64,000 nucleotides of DNA. Source: Biomphalaria pfeifferi (taxonomy: Eukaryota). Within the stretch, counting starts at the first letter, position 1. Each line of letters starts with the position of its first letter. The stretch spans positions 169,822 through 233,821 of the forward strand of contig JASAOG010000245.1 of NCBI GenBank assembly GCA_030265305.1, given 5' to 3'. Both the position numbers and the translations under genes were made by a program. The notes below the pieces were generated by a model that searched no databases, was not told the DNA's origin, and worked only from the letters and a program-made list of their open reading frames with translations. Positions 35,755-48,489 of this stretch are shown piece after piece.

Positions 35755-35915
35755 AGCCAGCACAACGACCAACCGCCTTTACTTTTCCCCAACTAATATC
35801 AGGTACCCATTGGAGCTGGTTGGCGCCTAAGGATTCCGAAGTTGAAAATCGCAGTCTTCACTAGGATTCGAACCCGGGGCCCCCGGTTCGGAAGCCAAGC
35901 GCTTTACCGCTCAGC
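35755..35915 (-). mobile_element. SINE family A, minus orientation, tail-truncated
   Basis: ...CACAACGACCAACCGCCTTTACTTTTCCCCAACTAATATCAGGTACCCATTGGAGCTGG...GGATTCGAACCCGGGGCCCCCGGTTCGGAAGCCAAGCGCTTTACCGCTCAGC. Confidence 0.7.
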
Positions 35916-36477
35916 TTTTTCTCTTTAAAAAACTGCTTGCATAACTGATTTTAAAAATGAGATTTTTCGCTTTCAGAAAAAAAAGAGTAGCCGTTGCATC
36001 ATAACTTTGAATGGTCTAAAATATTATGATGTCGGATTTTCAATATCTTTTCTAGTTTACGACATCTAAACTGGACCGACGGACAGACATTTCGCACAAA
36101 ACTAATAGCGCCTTTTCCCCTTTCGTGGGCCGCTAAAAAGGAATTAATTAGTCAGTTAAGTACTGGTGATTTATTATTTCTTTTGATGCTGAACAAAGGA
36201 AATTAATCCTTCCGTATCAAGGATATGGCAAGATATGTAGGGTTTGTTCCCCTTTATATAATTATTCGTATTATTTCTCCCACACCAATTCTCGGATCAA
36301 GTTGAAACTTTTAAACAATTATTTATGCACTTAAGAAATTAGAATCAATTTGAAATTAACCAATAAATCAATTAATTATTGGTACAATTATTTTGTTTGA
36401 TATCAAATAAGGAAAATAGCTTCTACATTTTTGACAAATATATTTGTAAGTGCGAAGTGGGCGAACATAATGAATGG

Positions 36478-36905
36478 CTGCCTGATCGCGCGTATGCGCT
36501 CTGGCCTGTAATTTAGTCGTTCAAACCATGCCCGCTCCCATTCCCCGTCGTCCTGCGGGAGGTTTGGACTAGGATGTAGGTTATCTTCAACTCTGAACGA
36601 ATCATCCGAAACGTGTAAAACATTTTCACAAACACAGAAGCATCGCTTTTGGCAAACTTCAATGCGTTCTTTAAGACATAACAGTCATTCAAGCAGGACC
36701 AAAGTCTTAATTATACACATCGGTTTTGTAAAATGTTTTACATTTTTCAGATGTTCCGTTGAGAGTTGAAGATTGTTTACTTCCTAGTCCAAACCTCCCG
36801 AAGGACGACGGGGGATGGGAGCGGGCATGGTTTGAACGTGGGACCCTCGATAAATCAAAACGACAGTCCAGCGCGCAAGCCGCACGACCAGGCAGCCATC
36901 TAACC
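36478..36905. repeat. Head-to-head inverted pair of SINE family B copies: about 160-bp arms and about 100-bp spacer
   Basis: The plus copy, 36478-36637, reads TGCCTGATCGCGCGTATGCGCTCTGGCCTG...CCCGTCGTCCTGCGGGAGGTTTGGACTAGGATG...GAAACGTGTAAAACATTTTCAC. Its reverse complement reappears at 36740-36905. Confidence 0.7.
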
Positions 36906-39197
36906 CTACACAGTCTCAGCTAATCATCCATACACTGCATCTACATTGTATAGGGAATGTCGCGCTTGGCTCCTGAAAAATAGTGATCGACCTACGGTTC
37001 AAATCAAGGTGAAGGTTGCTACTTTTTTATTCCTTTTTCTTTTCAAAGTCACGGTGTCCAAAAATGGGCTAGTGTTGGGGGTAGTTAGTTGAGGTGCTAG
37101 ACACACTACACAGTTCGTTCCTGATTGAATCGTTGTGAGCTTCGGAGACTATTTTCATAAGCAAAGGTAAGCTAGACTGTACTTGGGATAGGTGGATCTT
37201 TGGTCCAATTTACCCAGGGCCGTATTTGGGGCGGTGGAACAAAGCAATCCTCGGCAACTCGGGTGATATTCACAAAATATAAATTACTTAAACTAGACAA
37301 AAATTTTCATAATAAGAAAAGGTGTCTGAGTGTTTGAATAAAAAATTGTCCCATGTCACCCTTAATATGCCAATTTTAACTACGCTTGTGTTGAATTTAT
37401 TAACATTTCTTTCTCAAGTACCCCGCTAAGTTTTTTTTATAAAGCTTATATCAGCTTACTCTGGTAAAACGCTTGTCCACAATCAATTTAAAAATTAACC
37501 AACTAAATAGTTTGTTTAATAATGAACAAGGGAGAAAATTTTTACTTTACTGATGTGAAGTTATAAGTTAAGTTAGTCCCCTTTAAACTTTGTAGAGGGA
37601 AATAGGTCGCCGCTATAAAGATAACTATCGAACCTTCTTTTTTGCTAAGCATATCCCTAGTACAGTGGTTAGTGTGTTCACTTGGGGAGGCTTGAGCCCT
37701 CAAGTTCGAACTCAGGTCGTTTTTTTTTAAACGAATTTATAAAACAATCACGGTAACATTCAACCAGATACACCCTCCCTCCCCGTCCTCCTGCATTATT
37801 CGAAACTGGTCCAGACGACAGGATCATAGCGCAATAGCGTATTGAGAAAGCTAAACGCATGAAACAGCACTTTAAAAAGTAATAGGTAGAAATATTTGTA
37901 ATTGTACAGATTTATTATTGTTAGTCTATATCTATTACAAATTTGATTACATGACTGATCCAGATCATCTTATTCATACAACTACTGTTACGACACAAGA
38001 CTCTTCAAATAATAATACACTCTCAGGTTTTATTCTAGCAATACTTTAATATTATAACAATTTATGTAAACATCAGCATTTCATCTCGCTTTCACATTGG
38101 TGAATTGTCCTTCATAATAATTTTAATGATATAAATCTAGCTTTAAATCTTAAGCCAATTGATTAATTCAGCAATAATGATTTTAGTTTAGTTTCAACTA
38201 AAGGTTTATGTTTACCAGTGAGTTTAGCACGTAGCTTTAGAGGTCTAGATGACGCTCACTCTCTCAATCTTAGTAGATCTAGAGATCTAGAAATTTTGTT
38301 ACACTTTATAGTAATAGTAATACCTCAGTAGACAGGAATTAGATACCGATATAACGCAGGCCTGGCTTTTTACGTTGGGCGCTACTTGTTACGACACAAG
38401 ACTCTTCAAATAATAATACACTCTCAGGTTTTTATTCTAGCAATACTTTAATATTATAACAATGTATGTAAACATCAGCATTTCATCTCTCTTCCTGCCA
38501 CTTTCTCTCGGCTTCCTCTTTCTTTTCATCCCTTCCATTCAGTACACCAATTCGCACATTTATTCATGCACACCATGCTGCGCTACCACCGTAACAACTA
38601 CACTTAATATAAGATTTTTTTTTGTTTTGTTTTTAAAGTATTTTTTTTTGTTTCGTATCATTATTTCCTTTCTTTATCGAATTGTAGAACCCTTGGCTAC
38701 CATACTTGAAATGTATTTTGATGCATCGCTCCAAATTCCATTTTGTCTCTGACAAGTATTTCAAGAGTAATCTGTACCCCAAAATTGAGAAACATTAATC
38801 TAGCGTCATGGCAACAGATGTTTACATACAGGCTGAATTGCTGGCTGTCCACGACACTACAGTTTGGTATTAACTGCTCTAAGACTCGTGAGATTTAAAA
38901 AAAAAACTAAAAGAGAAAGCTTCAAGTGTGTTTGCTAGAGTGCAGCATGTCCATTTAATTTCCTTTCACGTCGTTTGAAACAAATCGTCGGCTAAATAGG
39001 CTAAGACCAGAGCAAACAGTGCCGGCTCTAGACATGAGAACTTTGGTCAGCAGACTAAGGCTTTCACTGACATTATGCCAGTTTGATTTGATTACAGCGT
39101 ATAGCTCACACTTCTGTTTCAGTCAAAACCACAGGCTAAAAAATTTGAAACCAAAACTAAATTAGAATACTTTATTTTGATCTTCAGTTTCGCACAT

Positions 39198-39490
39198 GGG
39201 AGACGCGGTCGCTGAGTGGTTAAGCGCTTGGATTCCAAACCTAGGTTCTGGATACGAACCTGGGTTCTGGATTCGAACCTGGGTGAAGACTCGGATTTCG
39301 AATTTCGGAATGTTTAGTGCACTCCTGAGTCCACCCAACTCTAATAGGTACTTGACTTTAGTTGGAGAAAATAAAGGCGGTTGGTCGTTGTGCTGGATAC
39401 ATGACACCCTGCTCGTTAATAGATGGCCAAAGAAATTTTTGGCCTTTAACCCTTTCTGCCCTATTGATCGCAAGGTCTGACAGGGGAACC
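39198..39490 (+). mobile_element. SINE family A, full length, with a duplicated ACGAACCTGGGTTCTGGATT segment in the head
   Basis: GGGAGACGCGGTCGCTGAGTGGTTAAGCGCTTGGATTCCAAACC... followed by the conserved core and the ...GATCGCAAGGTCTGACAGGGGAACC tail. ORFs 39162..39473 and 39196..39480 lie inside the SINE. Confidence 0.85.
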
Positions 39491-40484
39491 TTTTTTTTTT
39501 TTAAGCTTCGCATTTAGTAATATTGCTGGTTTGATAAGTTTTTAGATTGTCTTGCTAATAACGCAACTGTCGTGGATTCGATCCACATGTTGGCTTTTTT
39601 TTTTTTTTCTATTGTCTTAGAACGAAAAAAATTCGTGATAATTCGGAAATTATTTTTTGGGGGTAGCTGTTAATCGCTGCAACACCCAGTAAAACAACAA
39701 CAAAAATTTAAAAAAAATAGCCAATGATTGATGAAAATTGTTTTTCGGGTTATTTGAATTAAAAGTTTTAGGGCAGAGCTATAAATTCTAACACTCTTGC
39801 TTTGGCTAATCAAAAATGTGTGTCAACATCTTTTTGATTTTTGTTGTAAAAAAAAACGTCTAGTAATGTTGGATTTTCGAATGAATTCAATTTGCTTTAT
39901 ATTTGTAGAAATGTAGATTAAAACAGATCCCCCCCAAAAATGAAGGAAGATTACAATAATAATTAACATTCGTATTCAGTTTGGACTGGCACAGAAATCT
40001 GGCTCACTGTTGTAATCAGTGATGTCAAGAGATGCGCTCATCGATTGGCCAGATTGGACATCGCGTTTCTGGCAACAGAATATTATACTAGTGGCCAGGT
40101 TTTAGAATAATGCTTTAGCAGACGACTCGATAGTTCTTGGAAAACAATGCTAGGGGAGATGGGTTTGTTTTTTTTTTTTTCCTTTCTATTTACAGCATTA
40201 TTATAATAAGAAATGATGAATTAATTAGTTGTTTGGCTAGCCAACAACAACAAAAAAAGAGGTGTTTGATCCAATGCATTGCACATATTGCAAAAAATAA
40301 ACAACTCCAGTATTAACCAGCTATTGCCTGTCTAGGTCTAGTAATGTTTGCTTGGTTTGATACGTGGATAGTTTACTGCAGCGTTTCTCAAACTGTGGGG
40401 CGTGCCCCAATTAGGAAGGCACAAAGTCCTGTTAGGGGAAAGGGGGCGATCAATTTATTTTTTACACTCATTAGAAACTTGTGG

Positions 40485-40596
40485 ATTCAGGGGCGCCATA
40501 CAAATTAAATTTAAAATATCTGTCTTCACTAAGATTGGAACCCGAGACCTTTCAGTTCGAAAGTCAAGCACTTTACCAATCAGCTACCTCACTCCC
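40485..40596 (-). mobile_element. SINE tRNA-like head, minus orientation
   Basis: Reverse complement reads GGGAGTGAGGTAGCTGATTGGTAAAGTGCTTGACTTTCGAACTGAAAGGTCTCGGGTTCCAATCTTAGTGAAGACAG. Confidence 0.55.
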
Positions 40597-42599
40597 AACC
40601 GCTTAAATGGACCTCTGTAAAATGATCACACAATGCTACCTAAAATACACTATAAAACGCTACCTTTAAAAAACTTAACTATACTTTAAAAAATGACCAC
40701 ATGAAGCGATTCTCTAAGAAAGACAATATAGCACATCTTTCAAAGATGATGACAAAAAAACTTGTTTTAACTCTTTCTCTCCTAATCGACGATACCATCG
40801 TTGATTTTGACCTCATTAAAATAAATTAATGTTTAATTTTATAAACTTGACTTTGTGTTATATAAAAAGAGCAAGCATTTCCCTTTAATTCTATACCAAA
40901 TACAACATTTTCTTATAACAAACAACAAAGCTATTGAAGCTTAATCATAACAGGGTAGTGAAATAGTAATGAGATAAATGAAGAATTCCTTTGAAACTTG
41001 GAAAAATAATTACGGAGAGAAAGAGTTAAACCATCATAAATTTACTTTATAATGACCAGGTATAATAAATAAATGTCTACGATTTAAACTTGAGCCAAAC
41101 ACAATAATGTGAGTTGTCTTAATAAGTTGTTTCTGTGGGCTGCTAAATACTTATCTCCGGCCTTGAACAAATGTAGATCCTCTTTTTGTTTGTTTGTTTG
41201 TTGAGGAGGCATCTATCAAAACCTTTGAATAAACATACAAACAAAACGTTTAACGATGAACGTGACGTCACGCCGCTCTATCCGCTATTCATCTGTTTCC
41301 GTACATCGATTCATAACTTGCAGACGATCGCCAAGAAAGATCGATACTGATGTCTGTACTTGAGAGAAGTGAAATAGTTTTTTGACATTAACAAATGGGA
41401 TCCTTAAACACGTCACTTCCGCTCCAATTACGTAGGTCAGGGAGAATTCTTTTTTTTTAAAGCTTTTTTCGTCTCTTACAGACCATTAGCCTTCATAAAA
41501 ATAATAACTGCTTTTGAGGTTTGCAAGAATTGTTTCTTTAGTAGCTGTCATCAGGACTAACTAGGCCTACCCAAAAGGACTGACTGCCCAATAATAATAA
41601 AAAAATAATAATAGTAATAATAACTTTATTTATAAGGCGCTTTAACCGAACATAATATAGGCTCACTGCGCTAATGGAACTAATCAGAAATAACAATTAC
41701 ACACAAAAAAATAATTTAAAATGCAATATCTCTGTTGGAGATTTTCATACATGGCGGAAAGCCTAAAAATAGCAAGGTTTTTGGTGTATCCGGTGTGTAT
41801 AACGACGGTAGTGTTGATAACCTGTGTTTTAAAAAGTTATATAGTTATTAAATTTATTATTATGTCGTGTGTGAGGTGCAACATTCGTTTCTAATACAAA
41901 ATTCTCAATTATTTCAAATTGTTCGAACTACTTCCGGGGTGAACATCATTGCTAATACATTCCAATTATCATAAAACAAAGTAACAAAAGGGAAGATGAT
42001 CCTGTTAAATATGATATAAATAAAAACTAGATTTGACTTAATTTTTATTTTGTCTTTCCTTTTCAATCTTTAAATGAAATGAAAGGCTGCCCTGTTGCCA
42101 CACTTTAAGTTACAAGAAATAGGTAAGATTATGTCCCTTGTTTCTATCTTTAGAACATGTTAAAGTCTTATCTCCTTTCAACCCTCTAATAATTCTTCCA
42201 ATATTGAGAGTGGGCGACCTTTTCGTGAGGACAAGACTTTTATTCTGTAGGTAGTGTTGTGTGAGGGAGTGTAAATGTGTGTATGTGCGTGCGTGCGTGG
42301 GGTACTTAGCCTGGCTGAACGGGGTAACTTTGTTTGTCACACTAGGGGAGACTATTTGTATCTCGTTGGAGAAAACAAAAGACATACTATTCTTGGCTCT
42401 AATAGTCTTACTGATAATTCGTAGTAGAAAGATGGTGCGCGCTAGGGATGTGTAGATGAGATGAGACGGTGTTGGTATACAAATTTGGCACTTATGAGAG
42501 ATTCTAGTTTTAACATTAACACTGTATTGGAGGGTTTATGGGGTTTTTTTTCCCTTCTATTTGCTTGCATTCTCATCTTGGGTGGAAAACCATAGATGG

Positions 42600-43140
42600 T
42601 AGGAAAAAGTTAGTTTGTTAGTTAGTTATTGTATTCGTAAAACGAAACAACACATACTTAAAAGCAAACTTATATTTAAGAAAACAAAGAAAATAACTTA
42701 CAAAACCATCATCAGACTTGTAGTCATATATGTATGTGAAACCTGGACGCTCACAAAAAAAAAACCCAGAAAATCTGCTAAATACTTAGGAATGAAAAAT
42801 ACTCAGAAAAAAATTTATTGTGTCGTACATGAGAAAACCGGAAGAAGGACAACCAAGAAATATACCAGCTATATGAAAACCCTTCTATAGTGGCGGAAAT
42901 AAGAAGAAACAGATTACGTTGGGTTGGCCACCTTGAAAGAATGCCAGAGAACAGAGGAGCAAAGACTGTTCATAGGCAATAACCACGTCACAGGTCTACA
43001 GTTAAGCCTACTATCACGATTGGTGTCGGATAGACTCGTTGTGGAACTTGGCCTCTGCGGCTTCTTTATGCATTGCGAGCTGAATTTTTCGAAGGGCCGG
43101 ATTCGTCCTGCGGGCCGTGGCTTATGCGTCACTGTGTTAT
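42600..43140 (+). mobile_element. Non-LTR retrotransposon 3' fragment
   Basis: The translation has ...CETWTLTKK... and ...IRRNRLRWVGHLERMPENR..., the conserved ORF2 C-terminal tail motifs of LINEs. Confidence 0.6.
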
Positions 43141-43189
43141 ATTATCATAAGAAAAACTCTGGTATACAAACATATATATGTATCATTCC

Positions 43190-43480
43190 GTGATACTTAT
43201 GGCTGCTGTCTGTGTTTGTGGGCGTTTGTATGTGTCTGTGTGTTTGTATTTGAGTGCGTTTGTACGTTTTATGTGTTTCTATATTTCTGTTTTGTGTTTG
43301 TATGTGTTTGTGTGTGTTTGCTTTTGTTTGTGTGTGTTATTATGTGTCTCTGTGTTCTTATGTGTTTGTGTGTGTGTGTGTTACTGTGTATGCGTGCTTT
43401 TCTGTGTGTCAGTATGTGTCTGTGTGTGTTTGTTTTTTGTTTGTATATGTTATAATATATCTTTGTTTGTGTATGTATTT
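43190..43480. repeat. TG-rich low-complexity tract (TGTGTTTG / TGTGTGTG)
   Basis: ORFs 43117..43455, 43178..43504 and 43254..43493 are Cys/Val/Phe-rich artefacts. Confidence 0.9.
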
Positions 43481-44104
43481 AAGTGTGTCGTGAAACCACA
43501 TTAACCAATCGATTTTGCATTGATTTTTATACAATTTTGTAAGTAACTGAGCTAGAAAAAAGAGCTGTATTTAGATCAATCGTGCATCGCTATGTTATTA
43601 AATAATAGTTTACCCAACGGCTATTCATGCTCTATTAATCCCTAAATATGCGACATTATCCAAATCCTATCAAATAGCTTGTGGTCTTAAACTACAGGGG
43701 AGGTAACACATACGAAACGAGACATATCTATCTATTAAAACAAAACCTTAACTGCATGTCACAGTAACCACATGTTAACCAAAATGTAAGTCTGACCACA
43801 TGTTAATATTTAAAACATCTTATCGAAATCATAATTTTAAACACATTGTAATCCTAATTTCACAGTAACCACATTTTAATCTTACCACATATTAATTACA
43901 AGGTTAACCTCATGTTGAACACATGTTCACAAATGTGTTATATAGAGTTAGGTAGGCCCTATATATAGCACAACCACATTGTCTCAACGTCAAAAGTTTA
44001 ACCGCAATGTGACCTCGTGTTAACCATATTGGTATCCTGATCACTGTAAGCTTAGCGACACCTAAACCGCATTTGAAACATGTCATTATAGTAGCCATAT
44101 CATT

Positions 44105-45385
44105 TCCACGTGTTAACCACAATGAAATTTCAACCACATGTTAGCAACAATGAAATTTCAACCACATGTTAGAAACAATGAAATTTCAACCACATGTTAG
44201 CAACAATGAAATTACAACAACGTGTTAACCACAATGAAATTTCAACCACAAGTTAGCAACAATGAAATTTCAACCACATGTTAGAAACAAGGAAATTTCA
44301 ACCACATGTTAGCAACAATGAAATTTCAACAACGTGTTAACCACAATGAAATTTCAACCACATGTTAGCAACAATTAAATTTCAACCACATGATAGCAAA
44401 AATGAAATTTCAACCACATGTTAGCAACAATGAAATTTCAACCACATGTTAGCAACAATGAAATTTCAACCACATGATAGCAACAATTAAATTTCAACCA
44501 CATGATAGCAAAAATGAAATTTCAACCACATGTTAGCAACAATGAAATTTCAACCACATGTTAGCAACAATGAAATTTCAACCACATGATAGCAACAATG
44601 AAATTTCAACCACATGATAGCAACAATGAAATTTCAACCACATGTTAGCAACAATGAAATTTCAACCACATGTTAGCAACAATGAAATTTCAACCACATG
44701 TTAGCACCAATGAAATTTCAACAACGTGTTAACCACAATGAAATTTCAACCACATGTTAGCAACAATGAAATTTCAACCACATGATAGCAACAATGAAAT
44801 TTCAACCACATGTTAGCAACAATGAAATTTCAACCACATGTTAGCACCAATGAAATTTCAACAACGTGTTAACCACAATGAAATTTCAACCACATGTTAG
44901 CAACAATGAAATTTCAACCACATGATAGCACCAATGAAATTTCCACAACGTGTTAACCACAATGAAATTTCAACCACATGTTAGCACCAATGAAATTTCA
45001 ACAACGTGTTAACCACAATGAAATTTCAACCACATGTTAGCAACAATGAAATTTCAACCACATGATAGCAACAATGAAATTTCAACCACTTGTTAGCAAC
45101 AATGAAATTTCAACCACATGATAGCAACAATGAAATTTCAACAACGTGTTAACCACAATGAAATTTCAACCACATGTTAGCAACAATGAAATTTCAACCA
45201 CATGTTAGCAACAATGAAATTTCAACCACATGTTAGCACCAATGAAATTTCAACAACGTGTTAACCACAATGAAATTTCAACCACATGTTAGCAACAATG
45301 AAATTTCAACCACATGATAGCAACAATGAAATTTCAACCACATGTTAGCACCAATGAAATTTCAACCACATTTTAGCCACATTGT
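44105..45385. repeat. 29-bp satellite (TTCAACCACATGTTAGCAACAATGAAATT), about 44 contiguous units; degenerate longer-unit relatives at 43730-44100
   Basis: Contiguous head-to-tail units with no unique sequence between them. Minor variants are CAACGTGTTAACCAC and CACATGATAGCA. Confidence 0.95.
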
Positions 45386-45737
45386 TTTTGGTTTAACTCT
45401 ATTCAAACCTAATGGTCATTTGCTCTCCCATAGACACTCTGTTCTCGTTCACGAAGCAATTGCAGTAACATAATAGGAAGGTAAAACAATACGGAGAAAT
45501 GCGGAGGCGATATAAGGGAACCTAAGAAAGCAGATTATAAAGACGAATATTGTGAGAGATTCGGAAATTACAAGACGGAACTAAACAATGTAAAAGATGC
45601 CATATTGAAAGATCGCTGCAGCCAATTCTAAAATAGACCTAGAAATTAGTTTGTGCTAATAAGATAGGGCAAGGGAAACTGATTTGACAGTGCCAACTAG
45701 TGCACAAAAATGTATCATAAACTTTTCTAAAACAAGC

Positions 45738-46012
45738 GGAGACGCTGTGATTGAGTGGTTAAGCGCTTACGTTCCGAACCGGGGATGCCGGGTTTGAATT
45801 CTGGTGAAGACTGGAATTTTTTTTATGTCGGGATTCTTAGGCCGCCTCTTGAGTTCAGCCAGCTTTAAAAGATATCTGGCATTAGCTGGTGAAAAAGTAA
45901 AGACGGTTGGTCGTTACCCTGGCCACATGACACCCTCTTTAACCGTTGGTCACATAAACAGATGACATTTACATCAACTGCCCTATATACCACAAGGTCT
46001 GAAAGGGGCATT
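45738..46012 (+). mobile_element. SINE family A, plus orientation
   Basis: GGAGACGCTGTGATTGAGTGGTTAAGCGCTTACGTTCCGAACCGGGGATGCCGGGTTTGAATTC... then the core and the ...CCACAAGGTCTGAAAGGGGCATT tail. Confidence 0.8.
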
Positions 46013-46149
46013 ACATTTACTTAACTTTTTAAAACACATAGATCATCAACACCTCCTTTGTCCTTAACACCGGATACACCAAAAATAAGCTATTTATAGT
46101 TATAGGCAATAAATAAATAAAAATATCCACTTAATGTAACGATTTGTTT

Positions 46150-46870
46150 TATATTGTTATAAACCTGACGTAGATGAGGGTAGTGGTGTGTGTGTGTGTG
46201 TAGTCAGCCGACGCAAAACTCCCCAGACCAGCGCTAGACGAGCGTTCAACCGTGACGAGTTACGACGGTCAGCCGAGACGAGTATCAACATGACGGTTCG
46301 GGAAGGATCGCCGTCGTGAACATAGCTCAGGAGCGTCACGAGGGATGTAGTCATGTGACGAAACTATAAACGTCGAGCGATGTTCTGTCCGGTTCTAGAA
46401 GGCCAGCAGGGTTCCTATAAAAGAGCGGAGGTGTCGCAGTCAAGACGATTCAGAGCCCGGTTCACTACAGTCCGGTCGACTACAGCACAGCTCAGTGTGG
46501 TTCAGCGGTGTGGTTCTGTACGGAGCATTACAACGGTTCAGTGCGGAGTACTATCAAGTACAGTTGAGACGAACGGCGTCTTGATCTTGGTCTGTGATCG
46601 AGTCCGACACAACGAGCCCAGTGCGTGAAGTCAGTCCTGAACTGTTGAACCCAGTGCAAGCCCGGAACGAGACGGAGAGGCCAGTGCAAGAGTTGATACG
46701 GCGTTACGGTTGATATGGAGAGATATTTGTACAGCCTGTGTTACGTGTTGCCAATTGTTCAGTATTGGCTGTAATTTATTGGACATTAGAGTGTTACGTT
46801 ACTTTGGAGCCCTGAGTCGTCTAGTTCATTAACTTGGTGGTGAAAGGTGCAGTTTGCAGAGAGCCTGGAT
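46150..46870 (+). promoter_or_regulatory. CpG-rich island-like segment with a consensus TATA box (TATAAAAG, 46416-46423)
   Basis: Local CpG density is far above the AT-rich surroundings. It reads ggttccTATAAAAGagcggaggtgtcgcagtc, and a (GT)n run sits at 46183-46200. ORF 46380..46628 is low complexity and not convincingly coding. Confidence 0.35.
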
Positions 46871-47956
46871 AGTGAGATTCGCAACAATATTATGCTCCGT
46901 TTTGGTTCCACTTTTTTTATTTGTCCTTAACACTATTTATCAAGGAAATATTTATAAAATACTTTTTTTAAAAAAAGCTTACGTTAAGCTTCTTTGTATC
47001 AATTAGTTTGGATCAGTCATGTAATTAAATTTGAAATAGATCTAGACAAACAATTTTTTAAAGGCATTTAATTGTATTTTTTTTTTAAGGGAACGACCTG
47101 AATTCAAACTTGTAGGCTAAAGCCTTCCCAGTATTCTCAAGCCAACTAAAGGGACTAAATCAGCTTACACAAGCACTTCAGTAAACTATTATTTCTTTCC
47201 GTTTTTTTGAGGCACAATTTAAAGTAATTTATTACCAATACTTAATTAACTAATTGGTTAATTTTTTAAATTGATGTTTTGTGTTGTCAAGTAAAAGAAA
47301 TAATTGTGCGAAATTTCAGCTTGATCCGAGATTGGGTGTCGAAGAAATAACGTGAACAATCTTTTTGCCAGACAGACAGACAGACGGACAGAAAGAGTGA
47401 GAAAATAGAAGCTTTGTAAAATCCGTACAGATTTTCTATTGTTTTTGTTTTCTCGTATAAAAATCTTCCAATAATAAATGTTATTTTTTTATGATAAAAA
47501 AATGATAAAATAAACTGACTTTGCTACCACACAAGTATTAAATTATACATTTAAATATGTTTCTATGTAGAGGGGAAATAATTTCGAAAGTAGGTCAGCA
47601 TGCCTTAAAATAAACCCAGCTTAACCTCGAGCTTGCCAGAAAAAGATTCACCCATCAACCAGATCCTTTAAAGCAATGCGGCATGACTAGATAAACGCTC
47701 TCGCCACGCAGCGTAAATGCTAGATCTAGAATGCTGCTAAATTATACCCTTCTCATGCTAATGTTGACATCGATTTAGAGAAGCAGTGCGTTGAAGAGTT
47801 GGCAAATAATGGTCGGATAAAATAGCAAACATAGCGTGGCCATGACTTTTTTTCGACGCGCAATTTTTTTTAAGGTCATGTGCTGTCAACTGCGTGTATT
47901 TCACAATACATGACGTTCCATAAAGGATCCTGTTTGGATGCTATTCGTCTTTTGGA

Positions 47957-48135
47957 TGGCTGCCTGGTCGTGCGGTTTGCGCGCTGGACTGTCGTTCAGA
48001 TTTATCGATGGTCCCGGGTTCAAACCCTGCCCACTCCCATCCCCCGTCGTCCTGCGGGAGGTTTGGACTAGGAAGTAACTATCTTCAACTCTGAAGGAAC
48101 ATCCGAAACATGCAAAACATTTTACAAACATTTTA
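47957..48135 (+). mobile_element. SINE family B
   Basis: GGCTGCCTGGTCGTGCGGTTTGCGCGCTGGACTGTCGTTCAG...GGTCCCGGGTTCAAACCCTGCCCACTCCCATCCCCCGTCGTCCTGCGGGAGGTTTGGACTAGGAAG. Confidence 0.7.
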
Positions 48136-48191
48136 ACTATAATAACCTAGCGGCTGAAATCGATAGAGCCTTGAGATTTATAAATAAAGTT

Positions 48192-48415
48192 CCCCTTTCA
48201 GACCTTGCGATCTATGGAATAGATGATGCAAAGGTCATCTGTTTCTGTGGCCCATTGATAATGAGAGTGCCATCTGGTGGCCAGCACCATGACCAAGCGT
48301 CTTTATTTTCCTGAACGAATGTCAAGTACCCATTAGAGCTGGGTGGACTCCCGAAATAAAAAATCCCCAGAATTTTAGCCCTGAAATAGCTTTACCACTC
48401 AGCCACCGCGCCTCC
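48192..48415 (-). mobile_element. SINE family A, minus orientation, internally deleted head
   Basis: ...CAGACCTTGCGATCTATGG...GTCAAGTACCCATTAGAGCTGGGTGGACTC...CCACTCAGCCACCGCGCCTCC. Confidence 0.7.
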
Positions 48416-48489
48416 TTTAGATATATCTCATTTGACTAGAGCGACATTATTCAAATCACTAAATTCAGAGACACATTAGGACAAAAGAC

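Noticed and set aside
43117-43504. Cys/Val-rich ORFs of 79 to 112 aa
   Set aside because: Translations of the (TGTG)/(TGTTTG) low-complexity tract.
44105-45385. CRISPR-like array with 29-bp repeats
   Set aside because: The units are directly contiguous with no unique spacers, and the context is eukaryotic with introns, SINEs and LINEs. It is a satellite.
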